From Candidatus Binatia bacterium (lineage in GTDB: Bacteria; Desulfobacterota; Binatia; Bin18), in assembly GCA_963664395.2 (NCBI GenBank), contig OY761159.2, positions 2,016,001-2,080,000 of the forward strand: a DNA stretch of 64,000 nucleotides. Reading direction: 5' to 3'. The translations under genes were made by a program, and so were the position numbers. This document shows, in pieces, positions 41,161 to 51,030 of the stretch. Within the stretch, counting starts at the first letter, position 1, and each line of letters begins with the position of its first letter. The notes beneath the pieces were generated by a model. That model ran no database searches, was not told where the DNA came from, and worked only from the letters and a program-made list of their open reading frames with translations.

Positions 41161-42720
41161 ATGAGCTGGGAAAAAGAAGTCCAAGGCATTGAGCAACGCA
41201 GACAGTTAGCCCAAGAGCTGGGCGGGCCTGAAGCGGTTGCCAAGCAGCATGAGCGGGGACGGTTGACCATCCGCGAGCGCGTGGACCAATTGCTTGATAC
41301 GGCTTCTTTCCGCGAGCAAGGTCAGATTGCCGGCTCCTCCGAAACCGATGAACACGGACAGCTCCGCTCGTTTTCCCCAGCGAATTATGTGGTCGGCTTT
41401 GGCAAGATCAATAATCGGCCCTGCGTGGTCGGCGGTGAGGATTTTACCCTCAAGGGTGGCTCGCCCTCGTCCGCCGGCTTTCGGAAAAGCGTGTGGGCCG
41501 AGGAGCTGGCGTGTCGCTATCGGTTGCCCCTCATCCGCTTTCTCGAAGGTGGTGGCGGCAGTGTTCCCCGAGGGAATAATAAGGGCGAAACAACCGGGAA
41601 TATGGAATCCGTAAACGCGCCGCCCCGGTTCATGTCGGTCATGCAGGCCATGTCCATGGTGCCGGTCGCCTCGGCTGCGGTTGGTGCAGTGGCCGGACTG
41701 CCGGCCGCGCGCCTGGTTGCCTCCCATTTCTCGGTTATGACCCAAAAATCCTCGCAAGTGATGATCGGCGGTCCGGCCCTGGTTGAACGCGCCTTCGGTC
41801 AGCCGATTACCAAGGAGGAACTCGGCGGCCCGCATATTCATCTCCGTAGCGGCGTTGTGGACAATGTTGCGGATGATGAGCCCGGCGTCTTCACCCAAAT
41901 TCAGCAATTTCTGAGCTATCTGCCGACCAACGTCTGGGAAGCGGCGCCGGTCCGCCCGTGCGAGGACGACCGCAACCGTCAGGAAGAAGAACTCCTCAGT
42001 ATTATTCCACGCAACCGCAGACGCGCCTATTCGATGCGGCGGGTGATTGAGTGCGTTGTGGATCGCGACTCGTTTTTTGAGATTGCGCCCCTGTACGGTC
42101 CCTCTCAAATTACCGGCTTGGCACGGGTAAACGGCCAATCGGTCGGCGTGCTGGCAAACGACCCACAGTGGTACGCCGGTTCCATGACCGCCGATGCCTC
42201 ACAAAAAGTGAAGCGCCATGTTGATCTGTGCGACACGTTTCATTTGCCCATGGTCAGCCTGGTTGATGAGCCCGGCTTTATGATCGGCCCGGAGGCCGAA
42301 CAGACCGCCACTATTCGCTATGGGACGGCGGCTATCTTTTCGATTATGCAGTCTACCATCCCGTGGGTCTCGGTCATCGTCCGCAAGGTGTATGGGGTGG
42401 CCGGGATCGCGCACTTCGGGCCGGGCGGGATGGTGTTTGCCTGGCCGTCGGCTGAGAGTGGCGCCCTGCCGCTGGAAGGGGGTGTGGCGGTGGCCTACCG
42501 GCGCGAGATTGCCGCGGCGCCAGACCCGGACGCCAAGCGCCGCGAGCTTGAAGAAGCGCTGGCCAGCAAACGCTCAGTGTACGCCCGAGCCGAAGGCTTT
42601 GCCGTCCAGGACATGATCGACCCCAGACACACCCGGCCGGTGCTGTGTGATTGGGTTGAATGGATTCAGCCCCAACTCAGCGCGCATACCGGTCCGCGTG
42701 CCTATACGATTCGGCCTTAG
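41161..42720 (+). CDS. Acyl-CoA carboxylase carboxyltransferase subunit
   Basis: GRLTIRERV..LLD, GEDFTLKGG, EELGG...H, VDEPGFMIG. Confidence 0.88.
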   Translation: MSWEKEVQGIEQRRQLAQELGGPEAVAKQHERGRLTIRERVDQLLDTASFREQGQIAGSSETDEHGQLRSFSPANYVVGFGKINNRPCVVGGEDFTLKGGSPSSAGFRKSVWAEELACRYRLPLIRFLEGGGGSVPRGNNKGETTGNMESVNAPPRFMSVMQAMSMVPVASAAVGAVAGLPAARLVASHFSVMTQKSSQVMIGGPALVERAFGQPITKEELGGPHIHLRSGVVDNVADDEPGVFTQIQQFLSYLPTNVWEAAPVRPCEDDRNRQEEELLSIIPRNRRRAYSMRRVIECVVDRDSFFEIAPLYGPSQITGLARVNGQSVGVLANDPQWYAGSMTADASQKVKRHVDLCDTFHLPMVSLVDEPGFMIGPEAEQTATIRYGTAAIFSIMQSTIPWVSVIVRKVYGVAGIAHFGPGGMVFAWPSAESGALPLEGGVAVAYRREIAAAPDPDAKRRELEEALASKRSVYARAEGFAVQDMIDPRHTRPVLCDWVEWIQPQLSAHTGPRAYTIRP

Positions 42721-42729
42721 CGGGCGCTG

Positions 42730-42948
42730 CTACTCTCGCCTGGAGCGATTCCTTTTTAACCAACGTCCTGTTTGTTCAATAACGGCCACGGAGCCGCCGC
42801 CGTCTTGCGGCTTGATGTCAAGGTGTACGTGCAAGCCTGATTCATCGCAAAGGTGCTGAAGAAAACGCACGAAGGGACGCTCGCTCTGTCCTTCTCCAGC
42901 TATGAAGAAACTACGGCGTGGCCGAACCGGCCGTCGGCGACCGCGCAT
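42730..42948 (-). pseudogene. RloB-like (TOPRIM) protein, N-terminal fragment only
   Basis: Basic N-terminus then FIAGEGQSE motif directly after the AAA ATPase; 72 aa with no DxD half. Confidence 0.6.
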
Positions 42949-42954
42949 CGTGTC

Positions 42955-44163
42955 CTAACCGATTTTCGGAAGGCCGCCCAGCACACCGGAGCGGTACTTG
43001 GGGTAGAGCCGCGTATCACGCCGCAGCCCGCTCACGTCTTGTGCGGCATGTACGCGGGTTGCGCTGTCCGGGCCTTTTTCAGCAATGAAGAGTTCTTCCT
43101 TCTCCAGATCGTCGAGTATGCCAACGTTGTGGGCGGAGACAATGAGCTGTGCGTTGTTTGGATTGGTCTCAGGATTGTGGAACCAATTAATGATCTCGCC
43201 AACGATATCCACATGCAAAGAGCCATCAACATCATCAAGGATGAGCAGCCTGCCAGCCTCAAGAGTCATGTGGATTTGAGGGAGAGCGTGGAACAAACAG
43301 GATGTGCCTGCGGACTCGAACATTAAAGGCACATCACGGTCCAGGCCGTGATGACGAAAGAAAGCATCCGTCTCACCACCGTCACTCCTGATAATCACGT
43401 CATGGATTGCCAGGTCACTGCGCTGCATTTGTTGCTTCATCCAGCTTTTCGCCTTGCTATTACGCTCAAAAAAATCCAGAACCAGTCCGGTCTCCGGCTG
43501 CCAAGTATCCTCATCATCGGATATGTCAGTTTCTTCCCCCAACGCTTCAGTTATGTGCATGGCCAAAGGAACATTGAGCGCCGCAAACGCGGTGATAACA
43601 GAGGTATCTTTCCGGACCGCATCTAACCGTGCATCTTTTGGTTTCAACCCAAATTCGGAAGAGGCGTAGATCGCCTCCCCGGGCGCGCCACGTTCAAAGA
43701 GGCGTTTAGGGCGGCCTTTCGGAAAATGGAACAAAGCTTCGCGAAGAATGAAAGGATGCCGCTCGGACGTAACTCGTCCTATTGAAAGCTCGTAGCGGAA
43801 CAACTCTCGCGCTCCGCCCAACTGTAGCCAGTCAGCATCAAATTCCAGGCGAAATCTTGTCGGCTCGTTTGCGGCCTTGTTTGACCAGAAAGGAAGAACA
43901 CGCCCGATTGCAGCTTGTGACGCCGACAAGTCGGGGCCGAAGGCAATACGAGTAAGATCCAGCAACGCCCGAAGAAGGGTCGTCTTGCCCGAGCCGTTCG
44001 GGCCCATGATGACGGCCACAGTCGGAATCCGGACAGCGGGGTTCGCTTGGCAACGTCGAAAACGCGGCAAGTCGGGCGCTGTGCCGGGTATGCGCAAATC
44101 GAGGACGGTTTCCTCGTAGATGGAGCAGTAATTCGATACTGCAAATTCATGAATCATAGCCAA
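42955..44163 (-). CDS. AbiEii/RloA-family AAA (ABC-like) ATPase
   Basis: V.NY.SI, GPNGSGKT, ESAGT, LILDDVDGSLH, NAQLI...H, Y..G.LGGLP. Confidence 0.85.
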   Translation of the reverse strand: MAMIHEFAVSNYCSIYEETVLDLRIPGTAPDLPRFRRCQANPAVRIPTVAVIMGPNGSGKTTLLRALLDLTRIAFGPDLSASQAAIGRVLPFWSNKAANEPTRFRLEFDADWLQLGGARELFRYELSIGRVTSERHPFILREALFHFPKGRPKRLFERGAPGEAIYASSEFGLKPKDARLDAVRKDTSVITAFAALNVPLAMHITEALGEETDISDDEDTWQPETGLVLDFFERNSKAKSWMKQQMQRSDLAIHDVIIRSDGGETDAFFRHHGLDRDVPLMFESAGTSCLFHALPQIHMTLEAGRLLILDDVDGSLHVDIVGEIINWFHNPETNPNNAQLIVSAHNVGILDDLEKEELFIAEKGPDSATRVHAAQDVSGLRRDTRLYPKYRSGVLGGLPKIG

Positions 44164-44216
44164 CTCTTAACATTTTTTCGTCAGGATTGGAATAAAGTAG
44201 ACTAAAAACCCGGCCA

Positions 44217-44287
44217 CTGGATGCCGGATCAAGTCCGGCATGACGAGAGCGGAACGGCATGGCTACAGCCTAACGTGAAACGCTCTC
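44217..44287. repeat. 71-bp dispersed repeat with REP-like palindrome, copy 2
   Basis: ctggatgccggatcaagtccggcatgacgag...ggctacagcctaacgtgaaacgctctc. Confidence 0.85.
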
Positions 44288-44326
44288 GGGTCTCACGCCC
44301 GGCGTACAGCGGCGGAGACCGTATCG

Positions 44327-44770
44327 TCAGCCCTCGTCCGGGCTCTTCTCTGCGGTCTTGTTCTTTTTGAGGGTCACGATATTGCGCCCCTCTTCCCGCC
44401 GATACTCGACGCTGTCCATCATCTGATGCACGAGGAAAAGACCGAGCCCGCCCAGGGGCCGCTCTTCAAGGGAGGTTCCGATATCGGGGGTCGGTGCGCT
44501 TGACAGGTCAAACGCCGCGCTGTCGTCCACGATGACGATGGCCAGCGCTTCCGCTTCCGGACCGACGGTAATCTCGATCCGATGCGGCTCGTCATCGTCG
44601 TACCCGTAGCTGATGGTATTGGTCAGGATCTCGTCTAGTGCCAGGTTGACCGCAAAGGCGACTTCTGAGGTCAGGTCCAGGGAGGCGCAGAACTCGTCAA
44701 TCTGCGCCGCGACGCGGGCGATCTCCCGCAGATCATTCACGAGTGAGATTTCCAGCGTTTCTTCGTTCAC
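44327..44770 (-). CDS. RsbW-like anti-sigma factor / ATP-binding protein
   Basis: NLALDEILTNTISYGY, GGLGLFLV..MMD.VEY; GTG start with aggagg RBS. Confidence 0.88.
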   Translation of the reverse strand: MNEETLEISLVNDLREIARVAAQIDEFCASLDLTSEVAFAVNLALDEILTNTISYGYDDDEPHRIEITVGPEAEALAIVIVDDSAAFDLSSAPTPDIGTSLEERPLGGLGLFLVHQMMDSVEYRREEGRNIVTLKKNKTAEKSPDEG

Positions 44771-44784
44771 GGCTCCTCCTATAG

Positions 44785-45684
44785 CTACGACGAAGGCCGT
44801 CCGGCGGGTGAGGCATCCGTCTCCATCGGCAGACTCGCATCCGCGGCCCATTCCATGAGCGAACCATCGTAGACGGCAACGTCTTCCAAGCCCAGCAGAG
44901 TGAGGACGAAGGCCTCACTACTAGCCGCAATCCCAGCTCCACAGTAGGTAATGACGCGCTTGCTACCGGTTGCGCCAACGGCCTCGAATTTTTCGCGGAG
45001 CTGCTCGGCAGGCAGATAGGCATGCGTATCCGGATCGACCAGATCATAAAAGGAGACATTCTCACTCGACGCAATGCGTCCCGGCCGGGGATATTGAATC
45101 AGCCCTCCTGTGCCGGCGTGATCCTCGGCGGTCAGGGCGTTCAGCAGGCAGCTTGACGGTGTCTGTATCGCCTCCAGAACTTCCTGTTTACCAGCCATCA
45201 GCGCGGGTCGCGGGGTGGATACGAACCGGCCCCGTACGGGGGTAGCGGGACGGTTCGAGACAGGTCGCCCCTCCTGCGTCCACTTGTGCCAGCCGCCGTT
45301 GAGGACTGCCGCATTATCAAAGCCGCTCGCACGGAGCATCCACCAGACGCGGGCCGCCCAGATATTATAGAAATCGTCATAGAGAATGACGCGGGTGTCG
45401 GCACTCACTCCAGCGCGCGTCATGGCGTCGGCAAATCGGTCGGCGGGCGGCATCATCAGCGGCAGATCGCTGTGCCGGTCGGACAGGTCGGTAACGAAAT
45501 CGACAAAGCCACTCCCAGGGATGTGACCCGTTTCCCAGGCGGGCCGGCCGCTCTCCAGGCGGAAGCCGCCGGAATCCTCGGGGATCAGGTGGACATGGCA
45601 GTCGAGCAGGCACAGGTCCGTATCGTTCAGATGTTCTTCCAGCCAGTTCGTCTCAACCAGGGCGTGGGGGTTGGCATGCGACAT
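44785..45684 (-). CDS. Two-domain sulfurtransferase (rhodanese, SseA-like)
   Basis: GHIPGS, AARVWWML, VLNGGW, TYCGAGIAA, YDGSLMEW. Confidence 0.9.
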   Translation of the reverse strand: MSHANPHALVETNWLEEHLNDTDLCLLDCHVHLIPEDSGGFRLESGRPAWETGHIPGSGFVDFVTDLSDRHSDLPLMMPPADRFADAMTRAGVSADTRVILYDDFYNIWAARVWWMLRASGFDNAAVLNGGWHKWTQEGRPVSNRPATPVRGRFVSTPRPALMAGKQEVLEAIQTPSSCLLNALTAEDHAGTGGLIQYPRPGRIASSENVSFYDLVDPDTHAYLPAEQLREKFEAVGATGSKRVITYCGAGIAASSEAFVLTLLGLEDVAVYDGSLMEWAADASLPMETDASPAGRPSS

Positions 45685-45797
45685 AGTGTCCTCCTTGCTG
45701 TTTGCCGGCTGGTGTGAATGGTATATATTCAGCGCCGGTTGGGCTAGAGTGAAACGGCATGGTAGCCGACTGATCTTCTGAGCCAACGAGCCCGCAG

Positions 45798-47264
45798 ATG
45801 AGTACCCAGACAACCCGCCACTTTATCAACGGTGCCTATACCGAAGGGACGAGCGGCCGCACCTTTGAGAACCGCCGGCCTGTCGATAATGCGCTTATCA
45901 GTCACGTGTGCGAAGCCGGCCGGACCGAGGTTGATGCCGCGGTCCAGGCGGCCAGGACTGCCCTCGACGGACCCTGGAGCCGGCTGACACTGGCCGAACG
46001 TACCGAGATATTATACGCCGTTGCCGCCGGCATTGAGCAGCGTTTTGAGCAGTTCCTTGAGGCCGAGGTGGCAGATACCGGCAAGCCGGTGAGCCTGGCC
46101 GCTCATATTGATATTCCACGCGGCGCGGCCAACTTCCGCATCTTTGCCGATGTGGTCAAAAATGTATCCGGCGAATACTTCGACACCCCTACCCCGGACG
46201 GCAGCGGCGCGCTGAACTATAGCCTGCGCGTGCCCAAGGGAGTGGTTGCGGTGGTGTGTCCGTGGAATCTGCCCTTGTTGCTCATGACCTGGAAGGTCGG
46301 ACCGGCCCTCGCCTGCGGGAATAGCGTTGTCGTGAAACCCTCGGAAGAAACGCCGAGTACAGCCAGCCTGCTGGGCGAGGTGATGAACGAGGCCGGCGTG
46401 CCTCACGGTGTCTATAATGTAGTGCATGGGTTCGGGCCGGACTCGGCCGGAGAATTCCTGGTCAGCCATCCGGGTGTTGACGCGATTACCTTTACCGGCG
46501 AAACGGTCACGGGCGAGTCCATTATGCAGCGTGCGGCCGTGGGCGTGCGGGATGTCTCGTTTGAATTAGGGGGTAAAAATCCAGCCGTTATTTTTGCCGA
46601 TTGCGATCTTGAGGCAACCCTCGAAGGCATCGGCCGGGCGTGCTTTGCGAATACCGGCCAGGTCTGCCTGGGCACCGAGCGGGTGTATGTTGAGCGGCCG
46701 ATTTTTGACGAGTTTCTGGCCGGGCTGAAAGCCAAAGCCGAGTCCCTCACGCTCGGTGATCCGCACGATGCGGCCACGACCTTGGGGCCGCTCATCAGCC
46801 TGGAACACCGCCGGAAAGTCCTCTCGTATTACGAGCAGGCGAAAGCCGACGGTGCGACCCTGATCACGGGTGGCGGGATACCCGCCATGGCGTCTCCGTA
46901 TGCGCACGGAGCCTGGGTCGAGCCAACCATCTGGACGGGTCTGTCGGAAGACTCCTCGGTTGTTCGAGAAGAAATTTTTGGCCCGTGTTGCCACGTCCGT
47001 CCTTTTGACTCAGAGGCAGAAGCCGTGCGTCTTGCCAACGACACGCCGTATGGTCTCGCCACCTCAATCTGGACCCAAAATGCGGCCCGCGCGCATCGGG
47101 TGGCCAGGCAGGTTCGGGTTGGTATCACCTGGATCAACTGCTGGTTCTTACGCGACCTGCGTACCCCCTTTGGCGGAGCCGGGCAATCCGGCATTGGACG
47201 GGAAGGCGGGGTGCATTCACTTGAATTTTATACCGAATTGCGCAACGTATGTCTCAAGCTGTAA
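45798..47264 (+). CDS. amnC: 2-aminomuconic/2-hydroxymuconic semialdehyde dehydrogenase
   Basis: IDIPRGAANF, PWNLPLLL, ELGGKN, GQVCL, WFLRDLRTPFGG; adjacent to aminophenol dioxygenase. Confidence 0.85.
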   Translation: MSTQTTRHFINGAYTEGTSGRTFENRRPVDNALISHVCEAGRTEVDAAVQAARTALDGPWSRLTLAERTEILYAVAAGIEQRFEQFLEAEVADTGKPVSLAAHIDIPRGAANFRIFADVVKNVSGEYFDTPTPDGSGALNYSLRVPKGVVAVVCPWNLPLLLMTWKVGPALACGNSVVVKPSEETPSTASLLGEVMNEAGVPHGVYNVVHGFGPDSAGEFLVSHPGVDAITFTGETVTGESIMQRAAVGVRDVSFELGGKNPAVIFADCDLEATLEGIGRACFANTGQVCLGTERVYVERPIFDEFLAGLKAKAESLTLGDPHDAATTLGPLISLEHRRKVLSYYEQAKADGATLITGGGIPAMASPYAHGAWVEPTIWTGLSEDSSVVREEIFGPCCHVRPFDSEAEAVRLANDTPYGLATSIWTQNAARAHRVARQVRVGITWINCWFLRDLRTPFGGAGQSGIGREGGVHSLEFYTELRNVCLKL

Positions 47265-48245
<981 letters not shown>

Positions 48246-48270
48246 TGCCGGAGAAACGAGAGGAACCGGT

Positions 48271-49083
48271 ATGGCTGTGGTCTCTGCCTTTCTCGTCCCC
48301 GGCTCGCCCCTGCCCTACGTTAAGCGTGACAATCCGCCCTGGGGCAAAATTGCGACGGGCATGGAAAGTGCCGGCGTGGCGCTCGCCCGGTCCAAACCGG
48401 ATGTGATCCTCTTATATTCAACCCAGTGGATCGCAGTCCTGGACCAGTTATGGCAAACCCGCCCACGGGTGAGCGGCCTGCACGTTGATGAAAACTGGCA
48501 CGAATACGGCGAGCTGCCCTACAGCCTGAAAATTGACACCCGGCTGGCCAAAGCCTGTGTCAGCGCGACCGGCACAATCGGGGTCAAGTCCAAGGCGGTC
48601 AATTACGACGGGTTTCCGATTGATACGGGAACGATTGTCGCCACGAATTTCCTGAATCCGGGCGGCAAAATTCCGCTGGTGCTGGCCTCGAATAATCTCT
48701 ATCACGACTTTGCGTTGACCGAGAAACTCGGACGCTTGGCGGCCCGCCTGGCCGGCAAACAGAAAAAACGGGTGGCCGTGGTTGGCGTCGGAAATTTCTC
48801 CGGCGCGTTCTTTCGGCACGAGATCGATATTGCCAAAGACAAAATCGTCGCTCCCAAATATGACCGCTGGAATAAAAAGATTCTGGCTCTGCTGCAAGCC
48901 GGTGACAGCAAAGGGCTGTCCACAGCCCTGCCCGAGTTTGCCACAAAAGGGCAGGCCGACATGGGCTTTAAGCATGGTGCGTGGGTATTGGGCGCTATGG
49001 GCGGGAAGTTCACCGGCGCGCAGGTGCACGCCTACGGCCCGCTCTACGGCAGTGGCGGCGCGGTGGTGGAGTTCGACTTGTGA
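48271..49083 (+). CDS. amnA: 2-aminophenol 1,6-dioxygenase alpha subunit
   Basis: VVSAFLVPGSPLP, YSTQW.AVLDQLW, HVDENW, YGPLYGSG. Confidence 0.88.
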   Translation: MAVVSAFLVPGSPLPYVKRDNPPWGKIATGMESAGVALARSKPDVILLYSTQWIAVLDQLWQTRPRVSGLHVDENWHEYGELPYSLKIDTRLAKACVSATGTIGVKSKAVNYDGFPIDTGTIVATNFLNPGGKIPLVLASNNLYHDFALTEKLGRLAARLAGKQKKRVAVVGVGNFSGAFFRHEIDIAKDKIVAPKYDRWNKKILALLQAGDSKGLSTALPEFATKGQADMGFKHGAWVLGAMGGKFTGAQVHAYGPLYGSGGAVVEFDL

Positions 49084-49106
49084 AAGAGAAGAGAGATAGG
49101 GATAGA

Positions 49107-49137
49107 GTAGGTCGGATTAGCGTAGCGTAATCCGACA
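49107..49137. repeat. GTAG-type REP palindrome
   Basis: gtag gtcggatta gcgtagcg taatccgac; partial relative gtaggtcgggttag at 49741-49754. Confidence 0.8.
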
Positions 49138-49180
49138 GGGGCAGGCCGCCGAGCTTGAAACAACGCGGCCGTACGGGGGT

Positions 49181-49489
49181 ATGAAAACACTTGGGCAGGT
49201 ACGAAATCAGTTGGCGTCGGGCGCGTTTCGCTACAGCCGTCACGCCTTAAAGAGGGCCGTTGAACGGAATGTGACCGAGCTGGAGATCAGGCAGGTTGGC
49301 GAGCACGCTACTATTATAGAAGAGTATCCAGAGGATAAATATTCACCAAGTTGTTTGTTGTTGGGCTTCACTGGAACAGGACGCCCCTTGCACCTTCAAG
49401 TCTCTCTTGCAGACACAGAATTCGTCAAAATCATCACCCTGTACGAACCGAGCGCAAGGGATTGGATAAATTATACACAGCGGAGGTAA
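49181..49489 (+). CDS. DUF4258 family putative toxin
   Basis: YSRHA..R...R.., IIEEYPEDKY.PSCLLLG, RPLH, IITLYEP...W. Confidence 0.85.
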   Translation: MKTLGQVRNQLASGAFRYSRHALKRAVERNVTELEIRQVGEHATIIEEYPEDKYSPSCLLLGFTGTGRPLHLQVSLADTEFVKIITLYEPSARDWINYTQRR

Positions 49490-49491
49490 AC

Positions 49492-49722
49492 ATGTTCACA
49501 TGCGCTGTATGTGGAGCCGCGGATAGTCGCGAGGAACTAATCGACGAAGTCTTTCAGGTTGACGAGAAATACGTTCGGATCGATCATATTCCTGCCAGCG
49601 TATGCACTCGCTGCGGAGACGAGACCTTTAGCCGCGAGACCACGGAAAAGGTCCGTCTGCTGGCTCACGGGCAAGTGAAACCGACAAAATCCATTGCGCT
49701 GGAGATTTTCGAGTTCGCCTAG
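49492..49722 (+). CDS. YgiT-type zinc-finger protein (putative antitoxin)
   Basis: CAVCG...IPASVCTRCGDETFS. Confidence 0.85.
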   Translation: MFTCAVCGAADSREELIDEVFQVDEKYVRIDHIPASVCTRCGDETFSRETTEKVRLLAHGQVKPTKSIALEIFEFA

Positions 49723-49750
49723 AGAGCCATGCCAGTATGAGTAGGTCGGG

Positions 49751-50845
49751 TTAGCCCAAGGGACTTGCCTGGCTTCCCGCTACGCTTGACCATTCAGGAG
49801 TCATCACCAAGAGCGCATCTCGAACACCCTTACATTCGTATATTGGATAATCGTTACGGAGCCTGGTCAGATTCATATATGCGTAGAGAGAAAATGGCTG
49901 GTCTACGCTATCTCTGACAAATACGCCATATCGTAGACCGTCCGTAACGATTATGCGTCTACAGATTTTTCCTGCCAATGCCGCTGAATAGTCTCTAGCT
50001 TGCTCGAATGCTGACAAACACGAGGCATCCTTCTTCTTCGCTTCAACGACAACGGACAAAGACTCTTCCGTGCGAGGAAGACTAGAGAACAACGCAACAT
50101 CAATCTTCTGCCATTCGATAGCCATCCTCTGCGGAGTCCAACCGAGTGCGCGAAGAAGTGGCACGACGAGATAGTTTACCGTCTCATGCTCAGAGGGAGT
50201 TTCTTTCGAGCGATTATACCAATTCGCGATACGAATAAGTTCGCCAATTTGGTCTAGCAAACTTGAGATTGAATTGCTGGCGACACCCTTGTCGAATAGA
50301 TATTCGGATATGTCACCGATATTGACGTTCACCTCGGCACCTCTGTTCGGGAGATCAACCGGCGTTCGCTTGTACTCAGCGTCAGGTATTTCCAACGACT
50401 CCAGCCACGATTTCACAGTAGGAGCATTCAGGAGTTGCGTTGTGTCACCTCGCTTTAGCGTGTTTGTATCGAATTTCTTGGGGTTCTCCTTATACTTCCA
50501 GAGCCAACGTATGCGACGCACATGAGCGATAGCCCACCCGTCTACGTCGTTAAACTCCTCACAATATTCGTAGTCACCGACAATATGACCCACCCCATAG
50601 ATGGAATTTGTTCCGAGCCGTAGAACGACAAAATCACCATCGTTCATATCTTGGCAGAAGCGGCGCAGGTCCGTAATTTTTTTCCCTGACCATTCATCTT
50701 TTCTGAGCGATTCCTCGCAGTCAGGCCAAGGACCATAGTCTCCGGGACCATTCAGAATGACACCCCACTTCAGACACAGGTCCACGTACTTGCGGTTAGT
50801 GTCGCCGGCCGCGTGTTGCCATATCGTCTTAGCTTGAATATCCGT
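49751..50845 (-). CDS. Putative restriction-type nuclease: N-terminal EVE/PUA-like domain plus C-terminal HsdR_N-like PD-(D/E)XK domain
   Basis: M..GDFVVL...YGVG.IVGDYEY...RRIRW; SEHETV..LVVPLL.ALGW, IDVALF, VVEAKK, QA..Y, TDGLRY; frame is open upstream of GTG 50785 to an ACG at 50845. Confidence 0.65.
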   Translation of the reverse strand, partial: TDIQAKTIWQHAAGDTNRKYVDLCLKWGVILNGPGDYGPWPDCEESLRKDEWSGKKITDLRRFCQDMNDGDFVVLRLGTNSIYGVGHIVGDYEYCEEFNDVDGWAIAHVRRIRWLWKYKENPKKFDTNTLKRGDTTQLLNAPTVKSWLESLEIPDAEYKRTPVDLPNRGAEVNVNIGDISEYLFDKGVASNSISSLLDQIGELIRIANWYNRSKETPSEHETVNYLVVPLLRALGWTPQRMAIEWQKIDVALFSSLPRTEESLSVVVEAKKKDASCLSAFEQARDYSAALAGKICRRIIVTDGLRYGVFVRDSVDQPFSLYAYMNLTRLRNDYPIYECKGVRDALLVMTPEWSSVAGSQASPLG

Positions 50846-50875
50846 AACTCCCCCGTCGCACCAATTTTTTTATTG

Positions 50876-51010
50876 TCAGCGTCTCCGCAATTCCAAATCG
50901 TCCAGGCGTTTGCGCACCCAGTCAATGCGATCGTTGCCCCAGAAGGGCTTGTCGCGGACAAAAAACATCGGCACGCCAAAGACCTTATCTTCTTCCGCGC
51001 GGACCGTCTT
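50876..51010 (-). pseudogene. C-terminal remnant of DsbA/2-hydroxychromene-2-carboxylate isomerase family gene
   Basis: VFGVPMFFV..KPFWGNDRIDWV motif with no N-terminal part. Confidence 0.65.
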
Positions 51011-51030
51011 CTTCGACGGCCCGCGTTGAC

